A stretch of 64,000 nucleotides of DNA, from assembly GCA_002472565.1 (NCBI GenBank), contig DKSK01000012.1:7579-71578 (forward strand). Reading direction: 5' to 3'. The notes beneath the pieces are model-generated. The model saw only the letters and a list, made by a program, of their open reading frames with translations. It was not told where the DNA came from and ran no database searches. Source of the DNA: Bacteroidales bacterium UBA7258 (lineage in GTDB: Bacteria > Bacteroidota > Bacteroidia > Bacteroidales > UBA932). Positions 10,366 to 20,567 of this stretch are shown here, one piece after another; the first letter of the stretch is position 1, and every line of letters begins with the position of its first letter. The translations under genes were made by a program, and so were the position numbers.

Positions 10366-11520
10366 ATGGAAATGAAATCAAGAATTCAGGAGAAGTACAA
10401 GACTATCTTCGGTGAAGATGCGCAGCTTTTCATGTCTGCGGGGCGTATTAATCTTATAGGAGAGCACACTGACTACAATGGAGGCTTTGTATTCCCTGGA
10501 GCTATCGACAAGGGGATCATGGCTGAAGTAGGAGTCAATGGAACCGAGAAAGTCAAGGCTTTCTCCCTTGATTATGACGAGTATGTAGAGTTCGGACTCG
10601 ATGAAGAGGACAAGCCTGACCAGGCTTGGGCCAGATATATTTTCGGAGTATGCAGGGAAACCATCAAACGCGGCGGCAAGGTAGAGGGCTTCAATACGGT
10701 CTTTGCCGGTGACGTTCCGCTCGGAGCCGGACTATCTTCTTCTGCAGCCTTGGAGAGCACTTTCGCCTATGCCCTCAATTATATTTTCAAGAACGGAATC
10801 GACAAGTTCGAGCTTGCCAAGATCGGGCAGAGCGATGAGCATAATTATTGCGGGGTCAATTGCGGAATCATGGACCAGTTCGCCTCTATCTTCGGAAAGA
10901 AGGGAAATCTCATACGTCTGAATTGCAAGACTCTGGAATACAAATATTTCCCATTCGATCCTAAGGGTTACAGGCTCGTTTTGCTTGATACCTGCGTGAA
11001 GCATGAACTTGCTTCTTCTGCATACAACAAGCGCCGCGCTTCCTGCGAAAATGCGTGCAGGGCTATTCAGAAGAACCACCCGGAGGTGGAATTCCTCTCA
11101 GATGCCAACAGAGCCTGGCTCGAGGAAGTCCGCGGTCAGATTCCTGAAGAAGATTTCCTCCGCGCCGAATATGTCCTCGGAGAATACCAGCGCGTGCTTG
11201 ATGTGTGCGACGCCCTTGAGAGGGAGGATTACGAGACTGTCGGCGAGTTGATGTATCAGACTCATTTCGGCCTGAGCAGACTCTATGAAGTCAGCTGCGA
11301 AGAACTCGACTTCCTTAATAAATTGGCCCGAAAACTCGATGTGACGGGCTCCCGTGTCATGGGTGGAGGATTCGGCGGCTGCACGATCAATCTTGTCAGA
11401 GACGAGCTTTATGAACCGTTTATCAAGGAGGCCAAGGTGCGTTTTGCAGAGAAGTTCGGTCATGAGCCTAAGGTTTATGATGTAGTCATCTCCGATGGCG
11501 CCCACCTCGTCACCGACTAA
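10366..11520 (+). CDS. galK: Galactokinase
   Basis: GRINLIGEHTDYNGG, the GHMP motif PLGAGLSSSAA, CGIMDQ and GSRVMGGGFGGC. Start re-set to ATG 10366. Confidence 0.96.
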   Translation: MEMKSRIQEKYKTIFGEDAQLFMSAGRINLIGEHTDYNGGFVFPGAIDKGIMAEVGVNGTEKVKAFSLDYDEYVEFGLDEEDKPDQAWARYIFGVCRETIKRGGKVEGFNTVFAGDVPLGAGLSSSAALESTFAYALNYIFKNGIDKFELAKIGQSDEHNYCGVNCGIMDQFASIFGKKGNLIRLNCKTLEYKYFPFDPKGYRLVLLDTCVKHELASSAYNKRRASCENACRAIQKNHPEVEFLSDANRAWLEEVRGQIPEEDFLRAEYVLGEYQRVLDVCDALEREDYETVGELMYQTHFGLSRLYEVSCEELDFLNKLARKLDVTGSRVMGGGFGGCTINLVRDELYEPFIKEAKVRFAEKFGHEPKVYDVVISDGAHLVTD

Positions 11521-11543
11521 ACCCTTGATTTCTCTTCGAGAAT

Positions 11544-11581
11544 AAAAGAGGTCACATCGGCAGTGATGTGACCTCTTTTTT
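11544..11581. terminator. Bidirectional intrinsic terminator between convergent galK and ychF
   Basis: Perfect 15-bp inverted repeat AAAAGAGGTCACATC / GATGTGACCTCTTTT with A and T tails. Confidence 0.9.
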
Positions 11582-11615
11582 AATCAGCCGTCTTCCCGGC
11601 GTCGGCTTCGCCCAA

Positions 11616-12719
11616 CTAGACGTTGAAGAGGAAGTGCATGATGTCACCGTCCTCCACAACATAGTCTTTGCCTTCAATGTGGAGCTTTCCGGCAGCCCTC
11701 ACTTCGGCCTCTGATCCGTAGTTTACGAAATCATCGTACTTGATGACCTCGGCACGTATAAAGCCCTTCTCGAAGTCCGTGTGTATGACTCCAGCGGCCC
11801 TCGGAGCCTTGTCGCCTTTGTTGATAGTCCAGGCACGGCATTCATCAGCTCCCGCCGTGAAGAAAGTCTGGAGATTGAGAAGGTCATATGCCTTCTGTAT
11901 TAGCCTTACGACCCCGCTTTCCTTAAGCCCGAGCTCTTCAAGGAACATCTGCTTGTCTTCATAAGATTCAAGTTCCGCGATGTCAGCTTCCGTCTTGGCG
12001 GAGATAACCATGACTTCGGCGTTCTCGTCTTTGACAGCCTCACGTACCGCATCAACATAGTGGTTTCCGTTTACGGCTGAGGCGTCATCTACGTTGCAGA
12101 CGTACATTACAGGCTTGTTGGTCAGCAGATAGAGGTCCTTGGCCATGGCGATTTCATCGGGATCCGTAAGACTGACGGACCTGCATGACTTGCCCTGGTT
12201 GAGTGCGTCACGATACCTCAGAAGCAAGTCATAGAGCTTCTTGGAATCCTTATCTCCTCCCACGGTAGCCATCTTCTCGACTTTCTTTAGCCTTGCCTCA
12301 ATGCTCTCGAGATCCTTTAACTGGAGCTCGGTGTCTACTACCTCTTTGTCCCTCACCGGGTCGACGCTTCCGTCTACATGGGTGATGTTGTCATCGTCGA
12401 AGCAGCGCAGAACATGAAGAATGGCGTCTGTCTCTCTGATATTTGCCAGGAACTGGTTCCCCAGACCCTCTCCTTTGCTTGCTCCTTTCACCAGACCCGC
12501 GATATCTACTATTTCCACGGTTGCAGGAATGGTGCGCTTAGGATGACACATTTCGGTAAGGACATCAAGTCTCTTGTCAGGCACGTTCGTCGAGCCCGTC
12601 TGCGGATCTATGGTGCAGAAAGGGAAGTTGGCGCTCTGGGCCTTGCTTGAGCTTATGCAATTGAAAAGGGTCGATTTACCTATGTTAGGCAGGCCGACTA
12701 TTCCACATTTCAGTGACAT
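11616..12719 (-). CDS. ychF: Redox-regulated ribosome-binding ATPase YchF
   Basis: [40 protein letters not shown], and a C-terminal TGS domain ([18 protein letters not shown]). Confidence 0.97.
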   Translation of the reverse strand: MSLKCGIVGLPNIGKSTLFNCISSSKAQSANFPFCTIDPQTGSTNVPDKRLDVLTEMCHPKRTIPATVEIVDIAGLVKGASKGEGLGNQFLANIRETDAILHVLRCFDDDNITHVDGSVDPVRDKEVVDTELQLKDLESIEARLKKVEKMATVGGDKDSKKLYDLLLRYRDALNQGKSCRSVSLTDPDEIAMAKDLYLLTNKPVMYVCNVDDASAVNGNHYVDAVREAVKDENAEVMVISAKTEADIAELESYEDKQMFLEELGLKESGVVRLIQKAYDLLNLQTFFTAGADECRAWTINKGDKAPRAAGVIHTDFEKGFIRAEVIKYDDFVNYGSEAEVRAAGKLHIEGKDYVVEDGDIMHFLFNV

Positions 12720-12727
12720 GATTTATG

Positions 12728-13414
12728 TTATTTAAAGAATTTGGCTATCCACGAGGCGTCTACCACCACAAAACCTCCATGAGGGACGACCTTCGGGTTC
12801 CTGGACACGATTCCGGAACAGTCTTCGTAGACCTTGAAACCGATCTGCGCCCCTTGCATCTGTCCGTCCATAGGGTAGGAGAAGGTCAGGTCGTTGTCCG
12901 GTCCTTCCAGCCTGTAGAACTTGAATGGAGCCTCGTAAAGCTTATTTCTGTCCTCTTCCGAGAGCTTCTCGCCGAGTTCCATCTTCGCGAAATACTTGCA
13001 CATCTCGATGACCACGTCGTCAAGACCGGCGTCATGGATATTGACCTTCTCGATAAGATCTCCAACCTCGCCGACCTTCCTGAGTACATAGCCTTCGAGC
13101 GAAGACTTTCCATCCTCCCCTTCTTCCGTCAGGTACGTCATTTTCTTCTCCACCAGGGCCTCCTGCTCCATATCCATGGCTCCTTCAGGAACAAGCCAGA
13201 CCATGAGCCTGCTCTCAGGATCATGATACAAAGTCATGTACTTCAAGAGGTTCCATCTTCCGCACTGGGGGCATTGCCAGGCGAAAAGACTTCCGTCCTT
13301 CACTTTTGACTTTAAACCAAAGTCTTCGGCGACATTGATGCTGCCGAAGACCTTGACTTTCTGTACATGGCCGCATGCATTACATGTGGCCGTAGTTTCT
13401 GTTGCTATTGACAT
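12728..13414 (-). CDS. CpXC-domain (zinc-ribbon) protein
   Basis: Two Cys pairs (CNAC, CPQC) with the SIN…KDGSLF…YHDPE pattern of CpXC proteins. Confidence 0.75.
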   Translation of the reverse strand: MSIATETTATCNACGHVQKVKVFGSINVAEDFGLKSKVKDGSLFAWQCPQCGRWNLLKYMTLYHDPESRLMVWLVPEGAMDMEQEALVEKKMTYLTEEGEDGKSSLEGYVLRKVGEVGDLIEKVNIHDAGLDDVVIEMCKYFAKMELGEKLSEEDRNKLYEAPFKFYRLEGPDNDLTFSYPMDGQMQGAQIGFKVYEDCSGIVSRNPKVVPHGGFVVVDASWIAKFFK

Positions 13415-13418
13415 ATCA

Positions 13419-16136
13419 TTATTTCCCGGTGTAAGCGGCCCTGTGGACCGTCACGCCAGCATCCTTCTTTATCGCCGAATCCGGGATGAGCGCCCCCTCT
13501 CCCAGCCAGATGTCTTTGAGGCTGGTGCAGCCGGTAACATCGAGACTCTTCAGGGTCAGAGCCGAGCCGCTGATGACCAGATCTGTGAACTTCGAGTCGG
13601 TGTTGTCGCTCAAATCTACGTTCTGAAGTTTCGTCAGTTTGCTGATGTCGTTGTTACTCAGCGTTCCGGACGAAGACAGAGTCAGATCGCAGATGGAGTG
13701 GGTCATTCCGAAGTTGCTGGCCTTGAAGGTAGTAAGGGCAGGCAAATCCCAGATTCTCATGGTGTAATCGTAGTTCGCGTCTGCTATTTTGTTATTGCTG
13801 ACATCAAGATAGGTCTGATTATAGTTGCTACGCACATCTATCGAGGTGATCTTGTTGTTCGATACGTCCACATACTCGAGCTTGCTCTTGAAGTAGAGAT
13901 GATTGATGACAGTAAGCTCGTTGTAGGAATAATCGAAATGTACAAGAGAATCCGGATAGTCGCCTACCGAACTTATCTTGTTGTGGCTTGCGTTGATGTT
14001 CCGCAGCACAGGCATTCTGGAAAGGTCGAGAGAGGTGAGTCTGTTGTCCGAGACATTCAGATCCCTCATCTTCTGCCAGGCCGTAGCATCTATGGAAGTG
14101 AGAGAGTTGCCCGAGACGTTCAGCGAAGTTAGGCCGGTGAAATATCTCAGGCCGTCAAGCGAGGTGATTCCCTTGCCGCTGAGGTCGAGAGAAGTCACGG
14201 ACGCCGCTTCATCGGCTGAAATCTTTCCGTCCCCATTCTTGTCGGCGGCGCCGAGCACCGCGCTCTTCACACGGGAATCGGTGATGACCGCCGCCACGTC
14301 CTCGGGAACTTCAGGATCGACCCAGACCACCTGAATTACCGCGCCGTTCTTGTTCTTGGCCTCTGCGTTGACAAAGTCAGGTTCAAGTTTGGCTATGTAC
14401 TGTCCCTTGTACATGATGACTTTCTCCAGATAGACTCCTGTGAGATAGTTGCTCACTGTCAGGGAATTGAGCACAGTGTTCTTGCTGACGTTGATTTCCT
14501 TTACTGTGCTTCCTCCAACGTCAATCGAAACAAGTTTAGGGCAAGGAGAGAAATCAATGCTTCTTACAGACCAGTCCTCGTAGGTGAATTTCCTGAGTTG
14601 AGGAAGATTCTTAAGGTCCAGAGAAACCATCGCACCGTTCACGCTAAGGGTCTCTATCTTGCTTGAGGAAGGCAGTTTCAAAGAGCTGAGGCTGGAGGTC
14701 GAAGCGTCAAGGTTCTTGATATTCGGGCATACCGAAACATCAAGACTCTTCACCCCTGTTCCTGAAACCGACAGTTGCTCTAGCCTAGGGCATTCCGAGA
14801 GGTCTATCGCTGAGATGCCTGTATTCTGGAGAAGAAGTTCATTCAGAGACGACAGGCCTTTAAGGCTGACGCTCTTGATGTTGGATGAGAGTCCCAGTGA
14901 CAGCTGCCTCAGAGAAGAGAGGCCGTCTGCCAGCACCTCTGTCACGGTCTTGGAAGAAATGGTCACTTCTTCAAGCTTGCTGTTCTTGGTAAGGTCAATC
15001 TTGCTTACCTCCGAGAAATATTCCCCATATGAAGGAGTCGAAAAGCTGAAAATCTTGAGATTACGAAGATTTTCTATACCATCGAAGGAGGATATGCTCG
15101 TGGACGGGCTGACTTCTTCCCACTTGAGGGCCGTTACTGCGTCGGCTTCCTCCTGAGAGATGGCACCGTCGCTGTTCTTGTCGTAGTTGCTCAGAATATA
15201 GGCCTTGAGATTTGGGTCGGTGAAGGAGGCGATTATTGATGCGTTTCCTTCCTGTGATACGCTTATCGAGGCCGTATGCAGCAGTTTTCCCTTGCCGCTC
15301 TTAAGGGTCAGGGTCACTGTGCGCTCCGAGGCGAGGGCGTTTTCTCCCGCTGTAAGGTTCAGAGTATTTCCGCTTATGTTTGTCTTCAGCCAGTCTGCTC
15401 CGCCGCTCACTGTCCATTCGTGTTCCGCGGTGACCTTAACGCTTTGGGTACCACCTGCGGCCGGAATTGAGACTTTCTCCTTGTCAACGCTGATACCGAA
15501 GTTGGCGGAGGCTTCTGTCACTGTCAGAGTTGCGGTATTGGCCGCGCACTTGAAGGTAAATTCGGCGCTTCTTTCCGTCTGCGTAAAGTTGGTGTCTACG
15601 CTGAAAGAGATTTCTGTTCCAGGATAACCCTCAGTGCCTGAAGGCTTTACCCAATCATATGAACCTTCCATGGTCCAAGGTCTTCCACTTTCGACTTTGA
15701 CCGAAAGCGTGCCGCCGGAATAGTCAAACTTAAGGCTGTCAGGACTGAGCGCGATACTCGTGCCGGCAGACATCTGCAGCACCTCTACGCTCACGTTCTT
15801 TGCGCCCTCGTAGCTCAGGCTGACCACCCCGACTCTCTCATCGCCCTCGTTCTCCTCTACCTTGAAATCAATCTTTCCCTTGGAAGGGTAGGTGAAGTCT
15901 TTTATCCATGAAGCCGAAGTCGCAGCCTTGACCGAGACTCCGCTCTTCGGGTTAGTGACAGAATAGGAAATGGTCCCCGCCCCCGCTGAAGCGGAGACGG
16001 AGACCTTAGATTCGCTTACTGCCAGAACAGGTGTTTTTTCCTGCTCAGGCTCATCTTTCTCCTCACCCTTGCCGCAGCCGGCAAGGATAAAAGGTGTGAG
16101 GAGAAGAAGATATAAGGCCTTTTTGAATATTTGCAT
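13419..16136 (-). CDS. Lipoprotein with about three BACON domains and two leucine-rich-repeat blocks
   Basis: Lipobox LAGC; BACON-like repeats (W….I…V..N….R); LRR strings (LTSLNVSGNSLTSIDA, LTSLDLS); two DxNxDGxIS cap motifs. Confidence 0.85.
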   Translation of the reverse strand: MQIFKKALYLLLLTPFILAGCGKGEEKDEPEQEKTPVLAVSESKVSVSASAGAGTISYSVTNPKSGVSVKAATSASWIKDFTYPSKGKIDFKVEENEGDERVGVVSLSYEGAKNVSVEVLQMSAGTSIALSPDSLKFDYSGGTLSVKVESGRPWTMEGSYDWVKPSGTEGYPGTEISFSVDTNFTQTERSAEFTFKCAANTATLTVTEASANFGISVDKEKVSIPAAGGTQSVKVTAEHEWTVSGGADWLKTNISGNTLNLTAGENALASERTVTLTLKSGKGKLLHTASISVSQEGNASIIASFTDPNLKAYILSNYDKNSDGAISQEEADAVTALKWEEVSPSTSISSFDGIENLRNLKIFSFSTPSYGEYFSEVSKIDLTKNSKLEEVTISSKTVTEVLADGLSSLRQLSLGLSSNIKSVSLKGLSSLNELLLQNTGISAIDLSECPRLEQLSVSGTGVKSLDVSVCPNIKNLDASTSSLSSLKLPSSSKIETLSVNGAMVSLDLKNLPQLRKFTYEDWSVRSIDFSPCPKLVSIDVGGSTVKEINVSKNTVLNSLTVSNYLTGVYLEKVIMYKGQYIAKLEPDFVNAEAKNKNGAVIQVVWVDPEVPEDVAAVITDSRVKSAVLGAADKNGDGKISADEAASVTSLDLSGKGITSLDGLRYFTGLTSLNVSGNSLTSIDATAWQKMRDLNVSDNRLTSLDLSRMPVLRNINASHNKISSVGDYPDSLVHFDYSYNELTVINHLYFKSKLEYVDVSNNKITSIDVRSNYNQTYLDVSNNKIADANYDYTMRIWDLPALTTFKASNFGMTHSICDLTLSSSGTLSNNDISKLTKLQNVDLSDNTDSKFTDLVISGSALTLKSLDVTGCTSLKDIWLGEGALIPDSAIKKDAGVTVHRAAYTGK

Positions 16137-16160
16137 GAGTTTGATTATTCTGTTCCAGCT

Positions 16161-18650
16161 CTATTTGAACCTGACTTCCCTGGTGGCTCCGGTCTTCTTG
16201 TCAACCGCGAAGGTAGAACCCGCTACGGCTGAAGTGCCCTTGCCCGACCAGAAGTTGTAGGCCTTGGAAGGCTTGATGTCGAATACATCGCCGTCCTTGA
16301 TGGTGTAGTTTGCCGGCCTGAGAACGAAGTACTTATAGTTGTAGTGGCCATAGTTGCCGTCCTCGCCTTCTCCGTACCAGATGAACTCCCAAGGAACAGC
16401 GGATACGGTGGTCTTGCCGTCAGGTGTAGTCCAAGGTTTTTCCTCGAAGAAACCGTAGTTCACTCCGCCGAAAGTCTTGTCGGTCTGAGGAGCGTAGATG
16501 TTGTCTCCCTCGATGTTAGCCATCTGAACGAGCTTTACGATGTAGTCTCTTCCTCCGACATCGGACCAATGGCTCTCAGGCGGCCACATGCCGGCATAGT
16601 AAGTCTTGCATTTGTCGTTAGGCTTGATGACGATATGGATGATCTGTGATGTCCTGTAATCCTTCCACTTTTCGTTGTCGAGCTGGTAGAGATCTTCTCC
16701 CTCGAAGAATTCGAAGGTTTCGAGGCTTACCTCCGCATCGCTCTTGTCGAACGGAATGGCAGGAGTAGTGAACTGGTACTCGTAAATCTTGGTAGTCTTT
16801 GCTCCTCCGCTGTAGCCGAAGAGCAGGAGAGAGTATTTATGCTCAGAGTAGATACCGGCCGAGGCTTCAAGCGTCTGGGTGCCGCGTCTGGAAGCATAGT
16901 CCATTGCATATTGACCGTCCTCGGAGTAGTATTCGGTGATAGCTTCGAAGATTGCCTCATCTTCAAGGCTGCCGTCGCTCTTCCTGAGTCCGTTGTCATC
17001 GATTTCCTTGGTCTCGATTACGAAAGGAAGGTAGCGCTCGTTGCTTACGCTAGGGCTTATGGTGTAGGATACGGACCTCCAGGTAATATTGTCAAATTTG
17101 ACGTTGAAAGTCATTTCAGATGTCTCCTGGCTCTTAGGTGTCGTGTATTCGAGGGTGTCGACATCCGTCACGCGGGTTCCGTCGGCGGCTACGCCGAAGA
17201 CGAAAATCGCGTACTTGGTGGACGGCCTTACGACCCAGCCGAGATCACCGTTGGCCCACTTGCTTACCGTTCCGGTGAAGATTGAGTTTTCGTCATTGGA
17301 CCAGTTGACATCGCTGTTCTCATAACGCTGGGTCTGCATGTTGATGATTCTCTGGGCGAACTGGTACTTGTCGTAGCCGGAGGTGAGAGACTTCGCCACA
17401 GGAGCGATGTAGTACCTCGTGCTTGCTTTCGTAGGTACGACCTTGATCTGGTAGTCGATAGGAGTGGTCGCGGTGACTGAAATGCCGAAGCGGCAGTCGT
17501 CGCTGATCTTCTGGCCTTCGGTCGTGAAGGTTCCTATCTCCATTGCGTCGGTCGTCTGATTGCCCTTGTCGTCCATACCCCAGGCGATGACGTAGTATTT
17601 AGTCCCGGACCAGAGCTGGTCGATAGTCTCGTTGTGAACACCCTTTATAAGGTACTGAGACATGGATCCTCCGTAGGTCGCAATATATGTCTTCATATTC
17701 GCGATCATGTTCGAGAGGACCTCATCCTTGTCCTTGTCAAGCTTGGCATACTCCATTTCTGAAATGTAGGTCCAGAAATAGGTGTCGTCGTTTGACGGGG
17801 TGATGGTGACTGAGGCTGAGTTAGGGGTGATATGGTCTGCCGTGAGCTTGAAGGTGATGTTGCTCCTCTGGATGTCGAGAGTGCGGAACTCTCTAAAGGC
17901 GATAGGAGTGGTTCTGTTGCCGTCAGTGTCAAGGCCGTAGACGATGAGATAATAGTCCGTGTTGTAGCTCAGCGGACTCCTGGAGCCGTAAGGCATGATG
18001 GTCGAGGCCCCCGTCGTCGTGGTCTTGTAGAAGGCGGTGTTCGAAACGATGAAGGATGCGAAATCCTTCTCGGCGGCCTGGGCTGAGGTCTTCAGCCAGA
18101 GAATGTCGCTCTGGAACAGGGCGTCGCCATATTCCATGTCTCCGAGGCTGTGGGTGTCGAGGGCGAGATAGCTGTCGACTGAAGACTTGCTCATGACCAT
18201 GAAGTAGTAGTTGCCTTTGTAGCTCTTAGGGTTGATGGTCGCTGTGCAGGAAGAAGAGGTGATGTCGGATACGGAGATCGAGAAGGCGTCGAAATCGAAG
18301 AAATTCTGAACGACGGCGGCTTTTACAGGCTCATTCGATCCCAGCGTGACGCTCAGATGTGCTGTTCTGGTGTCACCTGCGTTCTCCTTTGCCTGGAAGC
18401 TTATCTCGGATTCGCCGACGGTGATGTCGCTGATCCAGTCAGCGTCGGAAGTTACGGAGACATCCTTGGCCGAGGCCTTGCCTGTTATGGTGAAGGAAGT
18501 CGAATAAGTTCCGGCTTTGGCGTCAATCTGAATGGCTTTTACTGAGATAGAGCTCACCGAAGGCTCGTCGTTTCCTTCGCTGTGTGAGCAGGCAAAAGCC
18601 ACCAGTACTGATGATGCGAGAGTCAGTACCTTTAAAATGGTTGTTTTCAT
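16161..18650 (-). CDS. Lipoprotein with a BACON domain and four FN3-like repeats
   Basis: Lipobox VAFAC; BACON (DWISDITV…AKEN…R.AHL); four similar modules (see findings). Confidence 0.8.
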   Translation of the reverse strand: MKTTILKVLTLASSVLVAFACSHSEGNDEPSVSSISVKAIQIDAKAGTYSTSFTITGKASAKDVSVTSDADWISDITVGESEISFQAKENAGDTRTAHLSVTLGSNEPVKAAVVQNFFDFDAFSISVSDITSSSCTATINPKSYKGNYYFMVMSKSSVDSYLALDTHSLGDMEYGDALFQSDILWLKTSAQAAEKDFASFIVSNTAFYKTTTTGASTIMPYGSRSPLSYNTDYYLIVYGLDTDGNRTTPIAFREFRTLDIQRSNITFKLTADHITPNSASVTITPSNDDTYFWTYISEMEYAKLDKDKDEVLSNMIANMKTYIATYGGSMSQYLIKGVHNETIDQLWSGTKYYVIAWGMDDKGNQTTDAMEIGTFTTEGQKISDDCRFGISVTATTPIDYQIKVVPTKASTRYYIAPVAKSLTSGYDKYQFAQRIINMQTQRYENSDVNWSNDENSIFTGTVSKWANGDLGWVVRPSTKYAIFVFGVAADGTRVTDVDTLEYTTPKSQETSEMTFNVKFDNITWRSVSYTISPSVSNERYLPFVIETKEIDDNGLRKSDGSLEDEAIFEAITEYYSEDGQYAMDYASRRGTQTLEASAGIYSEHKYSLLLFGYSGGAKTTKIYEYQFTTPAIPFDKSDAEVSLETFEFFEGEDLYQLDNEKWKDYRTSQIIHIVIKPNDKCKTYYAGMWPPESHWSDVGGRDYIVKLVQMANIEGDNIYAPQTDKTFGGVNYGFFEEKPWTTPDGKTTVSAVPWEFIWYGEGEDGNYGHYNYKYFVLRPANYTIKDGDVFDIKPSKAYNFWSGKGTSAVAGSTFAVDKKTGATREVRFK

Positions 18651-18671
18651 GCTTTGTTAAATTTGTTGATA

Positions 18672-20438
18672 CTACTTGTTTTCTCTTATGTTGAGTTTGA
18701 GTTCGTCGAGTTGGCTTTGGTCAATCTTTGAAGGGGAATCAATCATGACGTCACGGCCCTGATTATTCTTAGGGAAGGCGATGTAGTCTCTGATGGTGTC
18801 GCTTCCTCCGAATAGGGCACAGACACGGTCAAGACCGAAAGCAAGGCCTCCGTGAGGCGGAGCTCCGAATTTGAAGGCATTCATCAGGAAGCCGAATTTG
18901 TACTCGGCCTCTTCATGGGTCAGTCCGATGATTTCGAACATCCTCTCCTGTACGTCATGGTCATGGATCCTTATGGATCCGCCACCGAGTTCCGTGCCGT
19001 TGAGGACGAAGTCATAGGCGTTGGCGCAGACCTTGGCTATGTCTTCCTTCTTGTCGCTGTAATAGTATTTCAGATGTTCAGGCTTCGGTGCCGTGAACGG
19101 ATGGTGCACGGCGTTCCAGCGGTTCTCTTCCTCGTTCCATTCGAAGAGAGGAAAGTCTACCACCCACAGCGGAGCGAAGACATCACTCTTGCGCAGACCC
19201 AGACGGTTGCCCATCTCGATGCGCAGGGTTCCGAGCTGGACTTCCGCCTTGCGCTTGTCGCCTACTATTATTCCGATGAGATCTCCCTTCTTGGCTTCCA
19301 CAGCCTTGGCGATGGAAGCGACCTCTACAGGGGAGAAGAATTTGTCTATAGACGACTTGAAACTGCCGTCCTCGTTGACCTTTATGTAGACAAGGCCCTT
19401 TGCGCCGACCTGAGGCCTCTTCACCCATTCCGTGAGTTCATCAATCTGCTTGCGGCTGTAGGAGGCGCAGCCGTCGATGGCTATCGCTCCGACATAAGGA
19501 GCCTCATCGAAGACTGAGAAGCCATGGCCCTTGACGAGATCCGTGATTTCATGGATCTTCATGCCATAGCGAATGTCCGGCTTGTCCGAGCCATAGTAGT
19601 CCATGGCGTCGAACCAGCTCATGCGAGGAATAGGATTAGGTATGTCAATCCCGAGAACCTTTTTGAAAAGGGTTCTCATCATACCCTCGAACATATTGAG
19701 CACGTCCTCCTGCTCCACGAAGGACATCTCACAATCTATCTGCGTGAATTCAGGCTGACGGTCCGCCCTGAGGTCTTCATCCCTGAAGCAGCGGACAATC
19801 TGGAAGTAGCGGTCGTAGCCGGCCACCATCAGGATCTGCTTAAAGGTCTGAGGAGACTGAGGGAGGGCGTAAAACTCTCCCGGATTCATTCTGGAAGGAA
19901 CCACGAAATCGCGGGCACCTTCCGGAGTCGACTTAATGAGGTATGGAGTCTCGATCTCCATGAAGTCGTGCTCATCGAGATACTTGCGGGTCTCCTGCGT
20001 AATCCTGTGGCGGAGCATCAGGGCCTTCTTGAGAGGATTTCTCCTCAGGTCGAGATAGCGGTATCTGGCGCGGATGTCATCTCCGCCGTCAGTCTTGTCT
20101 TCTATGGTGAAAGGAGGGGTGATAGACTTGTTGAGGATATTGACCTCGTCAAGAAGAATCTCTATCTCGCCCGTATCCATCTTAGGGTTCTTGCTCTCGC
20201 GCTCAGCCACCTTGCCCTTGGCCTGGATCACATATTCCCTGCCCAGAGAATTGACCGTCTGGATGAGCGCCTCCGGTGCGTCAGCTTTTACCACGAGCTG
20301 AGTTATTCCGTACCTGTCTCGAAGGTCTATGAACGTCATGCCTCCGAGTTTCCTTGTCCTCTGAACCCAGCCTGCAAGCGTAACCTGCTGGCCTACATTG
20401 CTCAGGCGGAGCTCCCCGCACGTGTTAGTCCTATACAT
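18672..20438 (-). CDS. aspS: Aspartate--tRNA ligase
   Basis: [52 protein letters not shown] and [12 protein letters not shown]. Confidence 0.98.
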   Translation of the reverse strand: MYRTNTCGELRLSNVGQQVTLAGWVQRTRKLGGMTFIDLRDRYGITQLVVKADAPEALIQTVNSLGREYVIQAKGKVAERESKNPKMDTGEIEILLDEVNILNKSITPPFTIEDKTDGGDDIRARYRYLDLRRNPLKKALMLRHRITQETRKYLDEHDFMEIETPYLIKSTPEGARDFVVPSRMNPGEFYALPQSPQTFKQILMVAGYDRYFQIVRCFRDEDLRADRQPEFTQIDCEMSFVEQEDVLNMFEGMMRTLFKKVLGIDIPNPIPRMSWFDAMDYYGSDKPDIRYGMKIHEITDLVKGHGFSVFDEAPYVGAIAIDGCASYSRKQIDELTEWVKRPQVGAKGLVYIKVNEDGSFKSSIDKFFSPVEVASIAKAVEAKKGDLIGIIVGDKRKAEVQLGTLRIEMGNRLGLRKSDVFAPLWVVDFPLFEWNEEENRWNAVHHPFTAPKPEHLKYYYSDKKEDIAKVCANAYDFVLNGTELGGGSIRIHDHDVQERMFEIIGLTHEEAEYKFGFLMNAFKFGAPPHGGLAFGLDRVCALFGGSDTIRDYIAFPKNNQGRDVMIDSPSKIDQSQLDELKLNIRENK

Positions 20439-20484
20439 TGGAAAATGAAAATATGAATTTTTATTTATTATCTTGCAATCTTTA

Positions 20485-20492
20485 CAAATATA
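20485..20492 (-). promoter_or_regulatory. Bacteroidetes -7 element upstream of aspS
   Basis: TATATTTG on the minus strand, 47 nt upstream of the start. Confidence 0.55.
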
Positions 20493-20567
20493 TTAAAAAA
20501 ATGGAGCATTTCGATATCTATATCCTTTTTTCTGTCCATAAAGGGACCTTCTCCGACCCTTTCTTCG

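Noticed and set aside
13236-14132. 298-aa plus-strand ORF over the LRR and CpXC genes
   Set aside because: Antisense shadow with no recognisable domain.
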